A stretch of DNA of 64,000 nt, from the NCBI GenBank assembly GCA_963797095.1, contig CAWCNY010000004.1, positions 512,001 to 576,000 on the forward strand, read 5' to 3'. The position numbers and the translations under genes were made by a program. How positions within the stretch are numbered: the stretch's first letter is position 1; each line of letters opens with the position of its first letter. A model generated the notes under the pieces. The model was not told where the DNA came from. It worked only from the letters and a program-made list of their open reading frames with translations, and ran no database searches. The DNA comes from an uncultured Chloroflexia bacterium (GTDB taxonomy: Bacteria > Chloroflexota > Chloroflexia > QHBQ01 > JADMIH01). This document shows positions 47,139-57,849 of this stretch, piece after piece.

Positions 47139-49580
47139 ATGAACGAACCCGAACAACACGAGACAATTGATGATGCACATATAACTTCGGTCGACAGGCA
47201 AACAGAGCAAAATACATCCACTTCTAATCCCGCCAATGGTCACACAGCCGAACAGGTACCGCGTAGGCACAAAATCAAGATCATGTCGGGGAGCAGCAAC
47301 GACGGCGTCGAGAAAGAACCGCTTCCTACTCCTGGACCGGCAATCCACAAGCCCACCGAACACAATGACAACGGGCGTGAGCCGGAAGCACTCCACACAG
47401 ACAGCCCGCCACGCGCAACTATTGCCCCTCCCCCACAATCCCAGGAGCACAAGACTCGCCACGACCTCCGCCAGGAAGAGATCGTGCTTGGCAGCAGGCC
47501 AGGCGACCGTTATGTTCGCTACGACCTCAATGTAGGGCCATTCCGCCGCAAGGGAAGGGGCGTGCTGGCTGCCTCCCTCGATACCCAGACTCCCCGGAGC
47601 CGTCTGGGCCACATAATCGCAGGCTTCAAACGCGTGCTGATCGGCACCCCCATCAGCAACGAGCTTGCCATTCACCAGCGCCTCACCAAGCTCAAGGCGC
47701 TCGCCGTATTCTCCTCCGACCCCTTATCCTCCGTAGCTTACGCCACCGAGGAAATCGTGCGCGTGCTGATACTCGCCGCCGCTGCTGGCGCGCTGACCCT
47801 GATCATGCCGATCGGTCTTGCCGTCATCCTCCTGCTGGCAATCGTCGCTTCGTCCTACAGGCAAACCATCGCGGCCTACCCACGCGGCGGCGGCTCCTAC
47901 ATCGTCGCCAAAGACAACCTCGGCACCCTTCCCGGTCTCGCTGCCGGTGCCTCCATTCTCATCGACTACACAATGACCGTTGCCGTCAGCGTGTCGGCGG
48001 GCATCGCCGCAATCTATTCCCTCTTCCCTGAGTTGCGCGCTCATCGTGTCGAGATGTGCCTGGCCGCTATCCTCCTCATCACTGTCGCCAATCTGCGCGG
48101 CGTGCGTGAGGCAGGCAACATTTTCGCCGTACCCACCTATCTCTTTGTAGCGGGTGTGCTCGGCCTGATCGCGTTCGGGCTTCTCAGGCTCTTCTTCGGC
48201 GTGGGCGGCGCACCCGTCTACGTCCCCCCCTCGGAGACCCTTCAGGTCGGAGCCGACGGTCTATCCCTCTTCCTCATCTTGAGAGCCTTCACCCAGGGCT
48301 GCACCGCCCTCACCGGCGTCGAAGCGATCTCCGATGGTGTGCCCGCGTTCAAGCCGCCTGAGGCCAATAACGCCCGCGCCACGCTCCTACTGATGGCGGT
48401 ACTCGCTATCACGATGTTCGGTGGGATTACTTTCCTCGCCAACCAGTTAGCGATAGCGCCAAGTGACCAGGAAACGGTCCTTTCGCAGATAGCCCGCACC
48501 ATCTTCCCCCAGTTCGGTGAAGCTAACCCGCTCTGGTACTACATCCAGATCGCAACCGCCCTGATCCTCGTACTTGCCGCCAATACCGCCTTCTCCGACT
48601 TCCCGCGCCTCTCTTACTTCCTCGCCCGCGACCGCTTCATGCCTCACCAGTACGCCTTCAAGGGTGACCGCCTCGCCTTCTCCTGGGGCATAATCACCCT
48701 CGCCGTCGTCGCCTGCATCCTCATCATCGCCTTCAACGGTGACACAACCGCCCTCATACCGCTCTACACTGTCGGCGTCTTCAATTCCTTCACCCTCTCC
48801 CAGAGCGGCATGGTCGTCCGCTGGTGGCGCACCCGCACCCCCGGCTGGAAACGCAGCATGACCATCAACGGCCTCGGCGCGCTCGTAACCTTCCTGGTCC
48901 TAATAGTCTCTGCCATCACCAAATTCATATCGGGAGCCTGGATCGTGCTCGCCCTTATCCCGATCCTGATCATGCTCTTCCTTGCCATCAACAAGCATTA
49001 CCGCCACGTAGCCAATGAAGTCCAGGAAGCCGTGCCCATCCTTCGAGAATCGTACAAGCATACCTTCATCGTGCCCATCGCGAGCCTCAACCCCGTGACT
49101 CTCAGCGCGCTGGCATACGCTCGTTCGCTGAGTAACAACGTAACCGCAGTCCATATCGCAGAAGGAGAAGACCCCGAGGAGGCCGAGCAATTCAGCAGGC
49201 AATGGAACTCATCCGTGCCCGATAAGGACGTAGCGCTGGCGATCATAGAATCGCCCTACCGGTCGCTCATAGGACCTCTGCTTGCCTACATAGACGCCCT
49301 GGACCGCCAGAGTCCCGACGACACCGTGACCATAGTGCTCCCTGAGATCCTCCCTGCCAGGCCCTGGGAGTACCTGCTGCACAACCAGAGCGCCCTGCGC
49401 CTCAAGGCAGCTCTGCTTTTCAGGCCGAACACCGTGGTGGCCGATGTGCCCTTCTTACTTGGCAAGCGGAGCGCGGCCACCCCACAAACGCCCGGTCGAG
49501 CATCCCTGGTCCCATTCACCTGGGCACCTTTGGCTGTGCTGCTGGGGATACTCCTTGTCCTCTACCTGATCGTCAGGTGA
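47139..49580 (+). CDS. kimA: KimA/YdaO-like APC-fold potassium transporter
   Basis: SSDPLSSVAYATEE, YPRGGGSY, ALTGVEAISDG, ANTAFSDFPRL, SPYRS, LLHNQSAL. Confidence 0.85.
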   Translation: MNEPEQHETIDDAHITSVDRQTEQNTSTSNPANGHTAEQVPRRHKIKIMSGSSNDGVEKEPLPTPGPAIHKPTEHNDNGREPEALHTDSPPRATIAPPPQSQEHKTRHDLRQEEIVLGSRPGDRYVRYDLNVGPFRRKGRGVLAASLDTQTPRSRLGHIIAGFKRVLIGTPISNELAIHQRLTKLKALAVFSSDPLSSVAYATEEIVRVLILAAAAGALTLIMPIGLAVILLLAIVASSYRQTIAAYPRGGGSYIVAKDNLGTLPGLAAGASILIDYTMTVAVSVSAGIAAIYSLFPELRAHRVEMCLAAILLITVANLRGVREAGNIFAVPTYLFVAGVLGLIAFGLLRLFFGVGGAPVYVPPSETLQVGADGLSLFLILRAFTQGCTALTGVEAISDGVPAFKPPEANNARATLLLMAVLAITMFGGITFLANQLAIAPSDQETVLSQIARTIFPQFGEANPLWYYIQIATALILVLAANTAFSDFPRLSYFLARDRFMPHQYAFKGDRLAFSWGIITLAVVACILIIAFNGDTTALIPLYTVGVFNSFTLSQSGMVVRWWRTRTPGWKRSMTINGLGALVTFLVLIVSAITKFISGAWIVLALIPILIMLFLAINKHYRHVANEVQEAVPILRESYKHTFIVPIASLNPVTLSALAYARSLSNNVTAVHIAEGEDPEEAEQFSRQWNSSVPDKDVALAIIESPYRSLIGPLLAYIDALDRQSPDDTVTIVLPEILPARPWEYLLHNQSALRLKAALLFRPNTVVADVPFLLGKRSAATPQTPGRASLVPFTWAPLAVLLGILLVLYLIVR

Positions 49581-49592
49581 TCTCCCTGCCCA

Positions 49593-50291
49593 TTACTCGA
49601 TGTCAAGGAAGCGATACCCAACGCCCGGTTCTGTAATAATATAGGCCGGGCGTTCCGGGCGCTCCTCGATCTTGCCCCTCAACTGCCCGATGTAAACTCG
49701 AAGCAGTTGCATATCGCTCACATATTCCGGCCCCCACACCCTGTGCAACAGCGTCCGGTGCGTCACCAGCTTCCCGGCGTGACGCATCAACATCTCCAAC
49801 AAACTGAACTCGGTCGGACTGAGGTGCACGGGCGATCCCCGCACCTTTAGCTCATGCCGGTCGAGATCGAGCGCTACGTCACCGATCACGATCTGCGATG
49901 GTGCTGGTTCCTCCCGTTGGGCCTGGCCGCGATGCCGTAACGCCACCCGAATGCGCGCCAGTAGCTCGCCCATTCCGAATGGCTTGGTCAGATAATCGTC
50001 CGCTCCGTTATCCAAGGCTGCTATCTTGTCGCTCTCGGCATCCCGCACCGAAAGCACGATGATCGGTGCCTCCGTCCTCTCCCGCAATCTCTTTGCCAGC
50101 TCAACCCCATCTACATCAGGCAAACCGAGATCAAGCAGGATCACATCCGGCGAGAAGCTAACCACTTGAGCGAGGCCATCCGCCCCATTATCCACTGTAC
50201 TCACCGCAAATCCATGCCCCTGGAGAGACGGCCTTAAGGCCCTCGCTATAGCAGGTTCATCATCTATCACAAGTACGCGCACATCCGGCAT
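49593..50291 (-). CDS. kdpE: KdpE-like OmpR response regulator
   Basis: LDLGLPD, ADDYLTKPFGMGEL, LRVYIGQLRGKIE, TEPGVGYR. Confidence 0.88.
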   Translation of the reverse strand: MPDVRVLVIDDEPAIARALRPSLQGHGFAVSTVDNGADGLAQVVSFSPDVILLDLGLPDVDGVELAKRLRERTEAPIIVLSVRDAESDKIAALDNGADDYLTKPFGMGELLARIRVALRHRGQAQREEPAPSQIVIGDVALDLDRHELKVRGSPVHLSPTEFSLLEMLMRHAGKLVTHRTLLHRVWGPEYVSDMQLLRVYIGQLRGKIEERPERPAYIITEPGVGYRFLDIE

Positions 50292-50294
50292 AAG

Positions 50295-51968
50295 CTAACC
50301 TCGAACCGCACTGGAAGGCTCGCGCGCGTCCGCAAGCGTAGCCTCAGCCCGTACAGGCAGCGTAAAAGTCACCTTAAGGCCGCCCCGCCGCACGTTCTCC
50401 GCCCAGATCCGCCCGTTGTGCGCCTCCACGAGCCCCTTGCTGATAGCGAGTCCCAGCCCCGTGCCCCGTCTACCTCTATCCTTCGAGACCTGATAGAACT
50501 TGTCGAACAGGTAACTCATATGCTCCTCCGGCACTCCTGGCCCGTCGTCCTGCACCTCAACCTGCACCGCATCCCCCTGCAGATACGCCCGCACCACGAG
50601 CCTGGTCCCCGGCGGAGTGTAATTGATGGCGTTTTCAAGCAGGTTAGTCAGCACCTGGTCTATCTGAACAAAGTCAAACATCATCAGAGGCAGGTCATGA
50701 GCCACTTCAACAGTCAAAATGTGCCCTTTCAATCGCGGCTCAAGACGCTGCGCCACAGCTTCGACCACCTCACCTATTTCATACAAATGCTTCTCAGGAT
50801 GCAAGGCTCCCCCCTCGATGCGCGACATATCAAGCAGATTGCCCACCAACCTGTTCAGCCGTTGCGCCTCCTCATAAATACCTTGCAGGAAATCGCGCTT
50901 CGTCTCCTCATCCCATTCGATCTGCGGGTCCAACAAGCTCGTGACCGACGCCACAATGGAAGCAAGCGGCGTGCGCAGGTCGTGCGACACCGCCGACATC
51001 AGCGCCGACTTCAACTGGTCGGTGCGCGCCAGCACCTCCGAGCGTGCCGCCTCGCGCAATAAATACAGTCTCTCGATAGCCACAGCCGCCTGGTCAGCAA
51101 ACGTCGCCAGCACTATCTGCTCAGACTCGACAAAAGGGTTTCCGTCCGCCTTGTCGGCAACCGCCAGCACGCCTACTGTGCGCTCTGCCCCGCGCAACGG
51201 CACAAAAGCCATCCGATCCCTTGGCGTACCGCTGTCATTGGTCGGGGTCGCGATACCCTTTCCGATTTCCCGCCCTTGCCAGAACGCCATGCTTGCCAGG
51301 TTCATTTCATCGCGGCTCATATTTCGCGCGTCCTGAGGCGCACGTGCGAGCACGGTCAACTGCTGCTGTTCATTTGGCAGCAATATCCAGCAGGCTCGTG
51401 CCTCAAACACTTCGATTACTTTCTCCGCGATTGCAGGCAGCACCTCATCAAGCTGCTGTGCTCCAATAATCGTCCTGCTCAACTCATATAACCGCGAAAC
51501 ATCCCCCGCCCTCCGGCTTGCCTGCCTTGCCTGGTCTTGTGCCCCCGCGATAAGCCAGCTAATCAGCAGAGAAACCCCCAGGAAGACGAACAGCGCCAGT
51601 ACGTTCTGTAGACCGTTTACCGCCAGCGTTCCGTAAGGAGGGATCAGAAAGAAGTTCAACAGCCCAAAGCCAAGCACCGATGCGAACACACCAACCCAGC
51701 GGTCCCCAAGAAAGGTGGCGGCCACCACCATGATCAAAAACACCAGGCCCATATTCAGCAGTCCAACCGTCTCGCGCACAGCCACCAGGGCCGCCGTAAC
51801 TGCGGAGAAAGCAACCGCCACCACCGCATATCGCGCCACAATCTGTGGCGTGTTCGGATTCTCCTCTCTCGTCGGCACAATTCGGCCCGCAACGCGAGGT
51901 CGCGTATTCGTTACAGCAACATCAGTCCGCGGCCTGCGCAACATTCGGTCGCCTGGGCGTTGGCTCAT
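50295..51968 (-). CDS. kdpD: KdpD-like sensor kinase (4TM-GAF-HisKA-HATPase) lacking the N-terminal KdpD/USP region
   Basis: NFFLIPPY, SHDLRTPL, NLLENA, GTGLGL. Confidence 0.8.
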   Translation of the reverse strand: MSQRPGDRMLRRPRTDVAVTNTRPRVAGRIVPTREENPNTPQIVARYAVVAVAFSAVTAALVAVRETVGLLNMGLVFLIMVVAATFLGDRWVGVFASVLGFGLLNFFLIPPYGTLAVNGLQNVLALFVFLGVSLLISWLIAGAQDQARQASRRAGDVSRLYELSRTIIGAQQLDEVLPAIAEKVIEVFEARACWILLPNEQQQLTVLARAPQDARNMSRDEMNLASMAFWQGREIGKGIATPTNDSGTPRDRMAFVPLRGAERTVGVLAVADKADGNPFVESEQIVLATFADQAAVAIERLYLLREAARSEVLARTDQLKSALMSAVSHDLRTPLASIVASVTSLLDPQIEWDEETKRDFLQGIYEEAQRLNRLVGNLLDMSRIEGGALHPEKHLYEIGEVVEAVAQRLEPRLKGHILTVEVAHDLPLMMFDFVQIDQVLTNLLENAINYTPPGTRLVVRAYLQGDAVQVEVQDDGPGVPEEHMSYLFDKFYQVSKDRGRRGTGLGLAISKGLVEAHNGRIWAENVRRGGLKVTFTLPVRAEATLADAREPSSAVRG

Positions 51969-52057
51969 TTTTGCAGTTCGTCTCCCACGACTGAATTATA
52001 CCGCAGGCACAACCTGACCGTGCTCTTGCTCTGCCCCATGATCCGGCAAAGGCCACC

Positions 52058-52126
52058 GATCCTTATACTTCTCTTATCTCCCCCCACCCGATCCTTATGC
52101 GTCCCTTATGCTCTACTCCATATACT
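52058..52126 (+). promoter_or_regulatory. Second putative KdpE-type promoter
   Basis: CTTATN at 52062, 52073, 52094 and 52105; TATACT 10 bp after the last. Confidence 0.65.
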
Positions 52127-52175
52127 TTCTGTAGAAGGCGCGCGGCTAATCGTGGCGCTCTGGAGGAATCCAAAT

Positions 52176-52538
52176 ATGGCACAACACCCGTTTGTATTGG
52201 TCGTCGAAGATGACGATCAACTAAGGCACATCATAATGCGCAATCTGCAAGCCGCAGGATATGTAGTTCTGGAAGCGTCCAGCTTCCGCATGGCGGTCGA
52301 TCAACTGGCGATCAGGCCCCAACTCCTGATCCTCGACATCAATTTGCCCGATGAGCCGGGTTGGAGCGTCGCAAGCTGGCTCGAATCGTCGATGGCGCCC
52401 GTCCCAACTATCGTCATATCAGGGATGAAGCCCGACCAGCGTCAGATAAAGCGCTTCGAGCCACAAGCCTTCCTGGCCAAGCCCTTCGATATCCGAGAGC
52501 TTCTTACCCTTGCGCGGCGCTACGCCCCGGTCAACTGA
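52176..52538 (+). CDS. Single-domain response regulator
   Basis: VVEDD, LDINLPD, ISG, KPF; GGAGG RBS. Confidence 0.85.
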   Translation: MAQHPFVLVVEDDDQLRHIIMRNLQAAGYVVLEASSFRMAVDQLAIRPQLLILDINLPDEPGWSVASWLESSMAPVPTIVISGMKPDQRQIKRFEPQAFLAKPFDIRELLTLARRYAPVN

Positions 52539-52582
52539 TATTTCTAAATCCTGAGGCATTGTCATCGGTCTTACCCTGGTGT

Positions 52583-52876
52583 CTACCGGGCAAGGCGTAG
52601 ATAGACCGCTCCTCGCGCATCGAGGTATATGGCGCTCTCTGTCTGCACGATCCGTAGCATCACACCTTCGCAGACCGGGCACCTCAATACGATGCCAGGT
52701 GCTTGGGTGAAAGCCAGCAGCGCGCCAAGTTCATCCTCATGGCCGCAATGGGCGCATTCAGTTGGTGTGGCGGTCATCTCAAGCGCGAATATCTCCTGCA
52801 GCACGCCCGCTGCTGCGTTACCGTCGAGCATCATTTCGCGGTCCATCTCCGAACCGCTTTCCTGAGCACTTCCCAC
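52583..52876 (-). CDS. DUF6510-like small Cys protein
   Basis: LDGNAAAG, CAHC, APGIVLRCPVC. Confidence 0.75.
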   Translation of the reverse strand: MGSAQESGSEMDREMMLDGNAAAGVLQEIFALEMTATPTECAHCGHEDELGALLAFTQAPGIVLRCPVCEGVMLRIVQTESAIYLDARGAVYLRLAR

Positions 52877-52890
52877 TTCTCAAACCCTCC

Positions 52891-53685
52891 TTATGGCGTG
52901 CTGCCTGTTGGACCGAAGCGCTCGGTTCGTATCTGCGATGGAGCAATACCGGTCTGCACCAAACCGTTCGCCGCGCCCTCCACCAACGGGGTCGGCCCGC
53001 AAATGAACACCTGCGGTGCCCCGCCCAGCGGCCCGATCACTTCGGCCAGCATCGGCGGGTCGATCCTGCGAGCGTAGCCCGTCCACCCTGTTGGCTGGGA
53101 ACGCGTGAACGTGTGGAATACTTCCAACCCATCGTGCGACGCTTGCAGTTTCTCCAACTCTGCGCCATAGATCACATCTTCGGGCGTTCGAGAGCTGTAC
53201 AACAGACGTGTAGCCACAGTTGAGCCTGCCGCCGAGCGTTCGCGTATCATCGCCATCAGCGGAACCACACCTGACCCCCCAGCCACAAGCAACAACGGCC
53301 CGCCCAACGCGGCCTCCCATACAAAGTAACCGCCAATCGGGCCGCGCAACTCCACCAGATCACCCTCCACAACCACATTGTGCATATACGACGAGACCTC
53401 ACCATCTTCCAGTAGCTCGATTGTCAAATCGATCTCGCCTGTGCGCTCCGGCTCCGAAGCTATCGAGTAGCTCCTTTGCGCCTGGTAGCCGTCCGGTGCT
53501 GTAAGGCGCAAGTCATAATGCTGCCCCGCCCGGTGTGGCGTCCAATCTGGTAGTACCAGCGTGAACGTCTTGACTCTCGGTGTCTCCTGCTTTATAGCTT
53601 TTACAGTAGCGATCTGCCATTCAAGAATGCGCTTCACTTCAGACCTCCGGCCAATTCCCAGCTTCGACAGGAATTCTCTCACCAT
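52891..53685 (-). CDS. FAD/NAD(P)H ferredoxin-reductase family protein
   Basis: RSYSIAS, RGPIGG, AGGSGVVP, ICGP. Confidence 0.9.
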   Translation of the reverse strand: MVREFLSKLGIGRRSEVKRILEWQIATVKAIKQETPRVKTFTLVLPDWTPHRAGQHYDLRLTAPDGYQAQRSYSIASEPERTGEIDLTIELLEDGEVSSYMHNVVVEGDLVELRGPIGGYFVWEAALGGPLLLVAGGSGVVPLMAMIRERSAAGSTVATRLLYSSRTPEDVIYGAELEKLQASHDGLEVFHTFTRSQPTGWTGYARRIDPPMLAEVIGPLGGAPQVFICGPTPLVEGAANGLVQTGIAPSQIRTERFGPTGSTP

Positions 53686-53691
53686 CTCTCA

Positions 53692-54318
53692 TCACTCCTG
53701 CTGATCGCCGCTGTAGCGCTCTTCCTTCCACGGGTCGCCGTGGTTGTTATAGCCAAGCGACTCCCAGAATCCCGACCTATCTCTCTCCATCAATCTCAAG
53801 CCCCTCACCCACTTGGCGCTTTTCCAGAAGTAAAGATGCGGAACCACCAGGCGCGCCGGCCCCCCATGTTCGGGCGCAAGGGGCTTGCCGTCGTAGTTAT
53901 ACGCCACGAAAGCCTGCCCATTAATTACATCCGTGATAGGTAGGTTTGTTGTATACCCACCATCGCTGTAGGCCGTGAGGTACATCGCCTGGCGGTCCAG
54001 TTCCACGTGCTCGAATAAAGTGTCGAGGCTAACGCCCTCCCAGATCGTGTCGAGCTTGGTCCATTTGGTCACACAGTGAATATCAACGTTGAACGTCTGA
54101 CCCGGTAACTTAAGGAAATCATCCCACGACCAACTAACAGGCTCGCTAACCAGCCCATCAACAGTAAATGTCCAGCGGTCAAGAGGGGTTCTGGGCGTTG
54201 GCCCTGCTGATAGCACGGGGAAATCGCGGGTCACATATTGGCCCGGTGGCACGCGGTTGGCCGTAGCACCGTCCCGCCGCTTCCCTACAAACCCACGTGA
54301 GACAAATCGTTCTGCCAT
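53692..54318 (-). CDS. Sulfite-oxidase-like molybdopterin protein
   Basis: VPPGQ, DIHCVTKW, EHGGPARL, YFWKSAKW, GFWE. Confidence 0.9.
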   Translation of the reverse strand: MAERFVSRGFVGKRRDGATANRVPPGQYVTRDFPVLSAGPTPRTPLDRWTFTVDGLVSEPVSWSWDDFLKLPGQTFNVDIHCVTKWTKLDTIWEGVSLDTLFEHVELDRQAMYLTAYSDGGYTTNLPITDVINGQAFVAYNYDGKPLAPEHGGPARLVVPHLYFWKSAKWVRGLRLMERDRSGFWESLGYNNHGDPWKEERYSGDQQE

Positions 54319-54654
54319 ATCTCCTCCTTAGCGATGCTCCTGGAAGGCAATAGACAAAAGACCACTACGCTTCGCGTAATGATATAGCCCGGCAGCCGGG
54401 CACAAAAGGATTACGAGCGGGTTGCAACCAAAATACCCATTTCAAAACCGCCGGACTGGGCAAGTTACGCTTTCCCTGCTGCAATAGCCAACCCGGTTTC
54501 GAAATGTGTAGTAAGTATAACGCACCCCACAACCCCAGTCTAGTATCGAAAACGCCCGACGCACGGCGTAGGCGCTCCACATCCGACTTTATCAGCCCTG
54601 ACGCCCGAATCCCAGGCAGAGCCAGATCGATCCCGCAGCCGGTTCCAGGCACAC

Positions 54655-55555
54655 TTAAGAATTGTACCAAAGTACACCCAATTTCATGTCCAGTTTTGTG
54701 CCTCCAATGTCATATAGTAAGTAGCCATCGAACCAGTTGTAATCATGTATGTTGCCCGGGTCGGGAGGGGCTACAACCCCCCTATAGCGCGCGTTCAGGG
54801 CTTCGTGTGTCCAACGCACGCCGGTATCCATTGAGCCGACCACGATGCCCGTGCCATCATAGCCGAGGTCCATCCTTCTGGGGCAGGGACCTCGTTTATG
54901 TTGTGCTGGACTATCAGCGGTGCCAGCAGCTTGTACAGGGTGTAGGTGTTCTTCATAGCCGCTGCATCCTGTATCGCCTGTGCAACTACCTGTTGGGCCT
55001 GAGTGGGAAGGTTATATGACGCATCGTTATCATCATCAATTATCATCCCATCAGGTGGAACTTCCACACGTCTAACCGAGGCCTCGTTTGACATGATTGT
55101 TGCCGAATCGAGGTCACGGGTGACATCAATGAGATTGATGATCCAGTAACTCCTGTAACTGGTCACGCTGCCTGTCTTCTGCAGTTCTCCGAGCCTGGTG
55201 AGCAGCGGTTTCTGGGTGGAATCGGCTTTCTGGACCAGCGTATTGTATACATACCACCCCTTCTCAGCCCACATAGAGTTGGGGATATCGTTGCTGGTAT
55301 CAGCCTGATCAGCCAGTACGACCCAATAATGGACCTGGGCGCCAGGCGCTGCGGTTCGGAATTTCTCCGCCAGATCGGGGTCATTTTGCTTGCCGTACTC
55401 TTTTCTTGCCCTGTCGCATTGGTTGGCACGCTCGCAAGCAGGCCACCTCTCGCTACGCCAACGAACGCAATGCTAGCCGTCACTAGCAAAGCGATCAGCA
55501 GCGCTGCCAGAGGCAGTAGTCTCCGAAACGTTCGTCCTTCCTTGGTTTCTATCAT
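54655..55555 (-). pseudogene. S8 subtilase, frameshifted and 3'-truncated
   Basis: Signal peptide, propeptide-like segment, then GYDGTGIVVGSMDTGVRWTH...HDYNWFD across three ORF pieces; no His or Ser catalytic motifs. Confidence 0.72.
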
Positions 55556-55785
55556 TCCTAGCCTCCTCTTTTCGTGATTGCTATCACCGATCAGTTCGGG
55601 ACGCCTCGGAAGCAGTTTCGCGTCCCATCAGAATGGAACTTGCCAAATGACTGATTGCTTGCCTGGCTCTCTACCTCCCTTCTGTTCAGCGAGTACTTTT
55701 CTACTATCGAATCCGCCATTAGAAATATCGAGAATCGGAATGATCGTCTGGTGAAATATCCTTTCTTGATCAATGGGGAAAGTAA

Positions 55786-55817
55786 CACAATGAGCCGGGA
55801 CTGCCCGGCTCATTGTG
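55786..55817 (-). terminator. 14-bp perfect hairpin
   Basis: CACAATGAGCCGGG-ACTG-CCCGGCTCATTGTG, followed by TTACTTT on the minus strand. Confidence 0.55.
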
Positions 55818-56046
55818 GTCAAGAAAGGAACGGCTTACCATCCCCACTCATCTCTTCAGGCCCAATCGTAGCACAAAAGAATTTCGGTGCAACCCCCAGT
55901 TCTCTACCAGTAGAAGGACAAGAGCATATATACTACACTTCAGGAGAATATTCCTTATACTTGCCTCTGGCTTGGTACCACCATCAAGAAGAATTTTCAA
56001 TTGTGCTAACCGCCCCTGCGACCCTTTTGTGAACGTCTGCGTGGTG

Positions 56047-57849
56047 TTATCGGTTTTTGCTCCCGTACTTGGCCTGATACTGGAATGTTCCGAGCTGCGA
56101 GAGGAGTACTTCATATTGAGTTCCGGCGTTTTCAGGGTGCAGTTCAAACACCGCCCGCTCAAAATACTGCACCGTGTAGACCTTCCCATCAAGTTCCGAA
56201 GTTTCATCGAATTCATCAGAAATGGGGAAACCTTGCTGCACCAACCCACCATGACTCTCCCAGTAGTCCGGGAACTTCCCGCCGACACGGTGCCCGGTTT
56301 CGGCGAACAAACGCGAGCCTTCTGACGTGTTGGGTTTCTGGTTGAGCGCGCCGTCGGGATATTTGCTCTTATATCGGAAGGTTCCAAGCTGTGAAAGAAG
56401 TACGTTGTATGGCGCTTGGTTTTCCGGGTGGTATTCAAAAACTGCACGCTCGAAGTACTGCACCGTGTAGCCTTTGCCGTCAAGCTCCGAAGTCTCACCT
56501 ATCAGGTCCGATATTGGATAGCCTTGTTGAGCCAACCCTCCATTAGCGTCCCAGTAGTCCAGAAAGATGCCGTTTACGGTCTTACCGGTTTCAGAGAATG
56601 TGCGACTGCTGTTCCCTGGAAGTGTGACCGTAGCTATCGGAGTGGTCGGTGTAGGCACAACCCCCGCGGTAGGGGAAGCAAGTGGAGGAATTGTATCGGA
56701 CAGCGCATAGACCTTGCCGAACCAGCTCTGTAAGTAAAGTATATGGTCGGCGAAAGCGGGGGGCGCAAAGAGCCTGCTATCTGCCTGAAATCGCCAGAGT
56801 TCCGCGCCCGTTCGTGCGTCCAGGGCATAAAGGTTGCGCGGGCCTTCGCGCTCTTCATGGTTCGCAGTGTTCACGAAAAGCACCCCCGACACCACACTGG
56901 GGTTCGAGGGCCAGTCGTCAGTATCAAACTCCCATAACTGGGCCCCTGTGGACACGTCGAAGGCGCGGATGTGGTTCCCACGATCCCCTGAGTAAACGAT
57001 CCCATCGACCACCGCAGGCGGCGAAGTAGGCCCCTCACCCTGTGCGACCCTCCAAACCTGCTCACCGGTTCGGGCATTAAGAGCATACAGATAATCGTTG
57101 TCATTGGGGGCATAGACCACATTGTCCGCCACTGCAGGGCCATACCAGGAGGCATCAGACCCGGCATCCAGGTGCCACACTTCATGGCCGCTCGTTGCGT
57201 CAAGGGCATGTAGGTTGGTTCCGATAGGAGCGAACACGATTCCATCGCTCAGAGCAAGCGGATGGATGGTGTTGCCCGAACCCTCGAAACGCCACTTCTC
57301 CGCACCGGAGCCGGCATCGATCGCATAGACGGTGCCTTTCTGCTCGGCCAGGTAGAGTATGCCCGAATCAAATGCAGGCGAACCGAAAATGGTCGAGCCA
57401 ACCGAAAAGGACCAACGCTGCGAGCCAGTTCCCGCCTCCAATGCGTAGAGAGCCCCATCAGTGGGAACAAACAGCAAGTCACCTGAGATCAGAGGCGTTG
57501 CCGAAATCGACGCACCCCCACCAGGGGTGAAGGTCCATAGCTGTTGTACCGTGTCTCTATCCAGGGCACGAAGTATACCGTCCTGGGCCGTAACAAAGAG
57601 AGTGCCCCCTGAAACCACCGGGGCCGTGAAAAGACTATTCTTCGGAAGCTGGTATTCCCACACAACGTGCGGTGCGCTGCGCACAGGAAGATCCGCATAC
57701 GCCCCGGATCGCGAGTTACCTCGATAGACGATATCGCCGGACGAGGCCAGCACGAACGATAGGCCGATAAGGTAGATAAGCACGATGAAAAGAGCAAGCA
57801 CAACGGCTACGCCCACCCGTGCACGAGAATCTCTCGATAGACTGCGCAT
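56047..57849 (-). CDS. PQQ-like (BamB-type) beta-propeller protein with two C-terminal FxETG...QYFERA repeats
   Basis: Repeated LYALDAxTGxxxW; N-terminal TM; AAGGAGG RBS. Confidence 0.88.
   Translation of the reverse strand: MRSLSRDSRARVGVAVVLALFIVLIYLIGLSFVLASSGDIVYRGNSRSGAYADLPVRSAPHVVWEYQLPKNSLFTAPVVSGGTLFVTAQDGILRALDRDTVQQLWTFTPGGGASISATPLISGDLLFVPTDGALYALEAGTGSQRWSFSVGSTIFGSPAFDSGILYLAEQKGTVYAIDAGSGAEKWRFEGSGNTIHPLALSDGIVFAPIGTNLHALDATSGHEVWHLDAGSDASWYGPAVADNVVYAPNDNDYLYALNARTGEQVWRVAQGEGPTSPPAVVDGIVYSGDRGNHIRAFDVSTGAQLWEFDTDDWPSNPSVVSGVLFVNTANHEEREGPRNLYALDARTGAELWRFQADSRLFAPPAFADHILYLQSWFGKVYALSDTIPPLASPTAGVVPTPTTPIATVTLPGNSSRTFSETGKTVNGIFLDYWDANGGLAQQGYPISDLIGETSELDGKGYTVQYFERAVFEYHPENQAPYNVLLSQLGTFRYKSKYPDGALNQKPNTSEGSRLFAETGHRVGGKFPDYWESHGGLVQQGFPISDEFDETSELDGKVYTVQYFERAVFELHPENAGTQYEVLLSQLGTFQYQAKYGSKNR

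Noticed and set aside
55591-56032. Small ORFs in an AT-richer stretch
   Set aside because: No motifs or convincing RBS; more likely terminator and promoter DNA upstream of the S8 relic.
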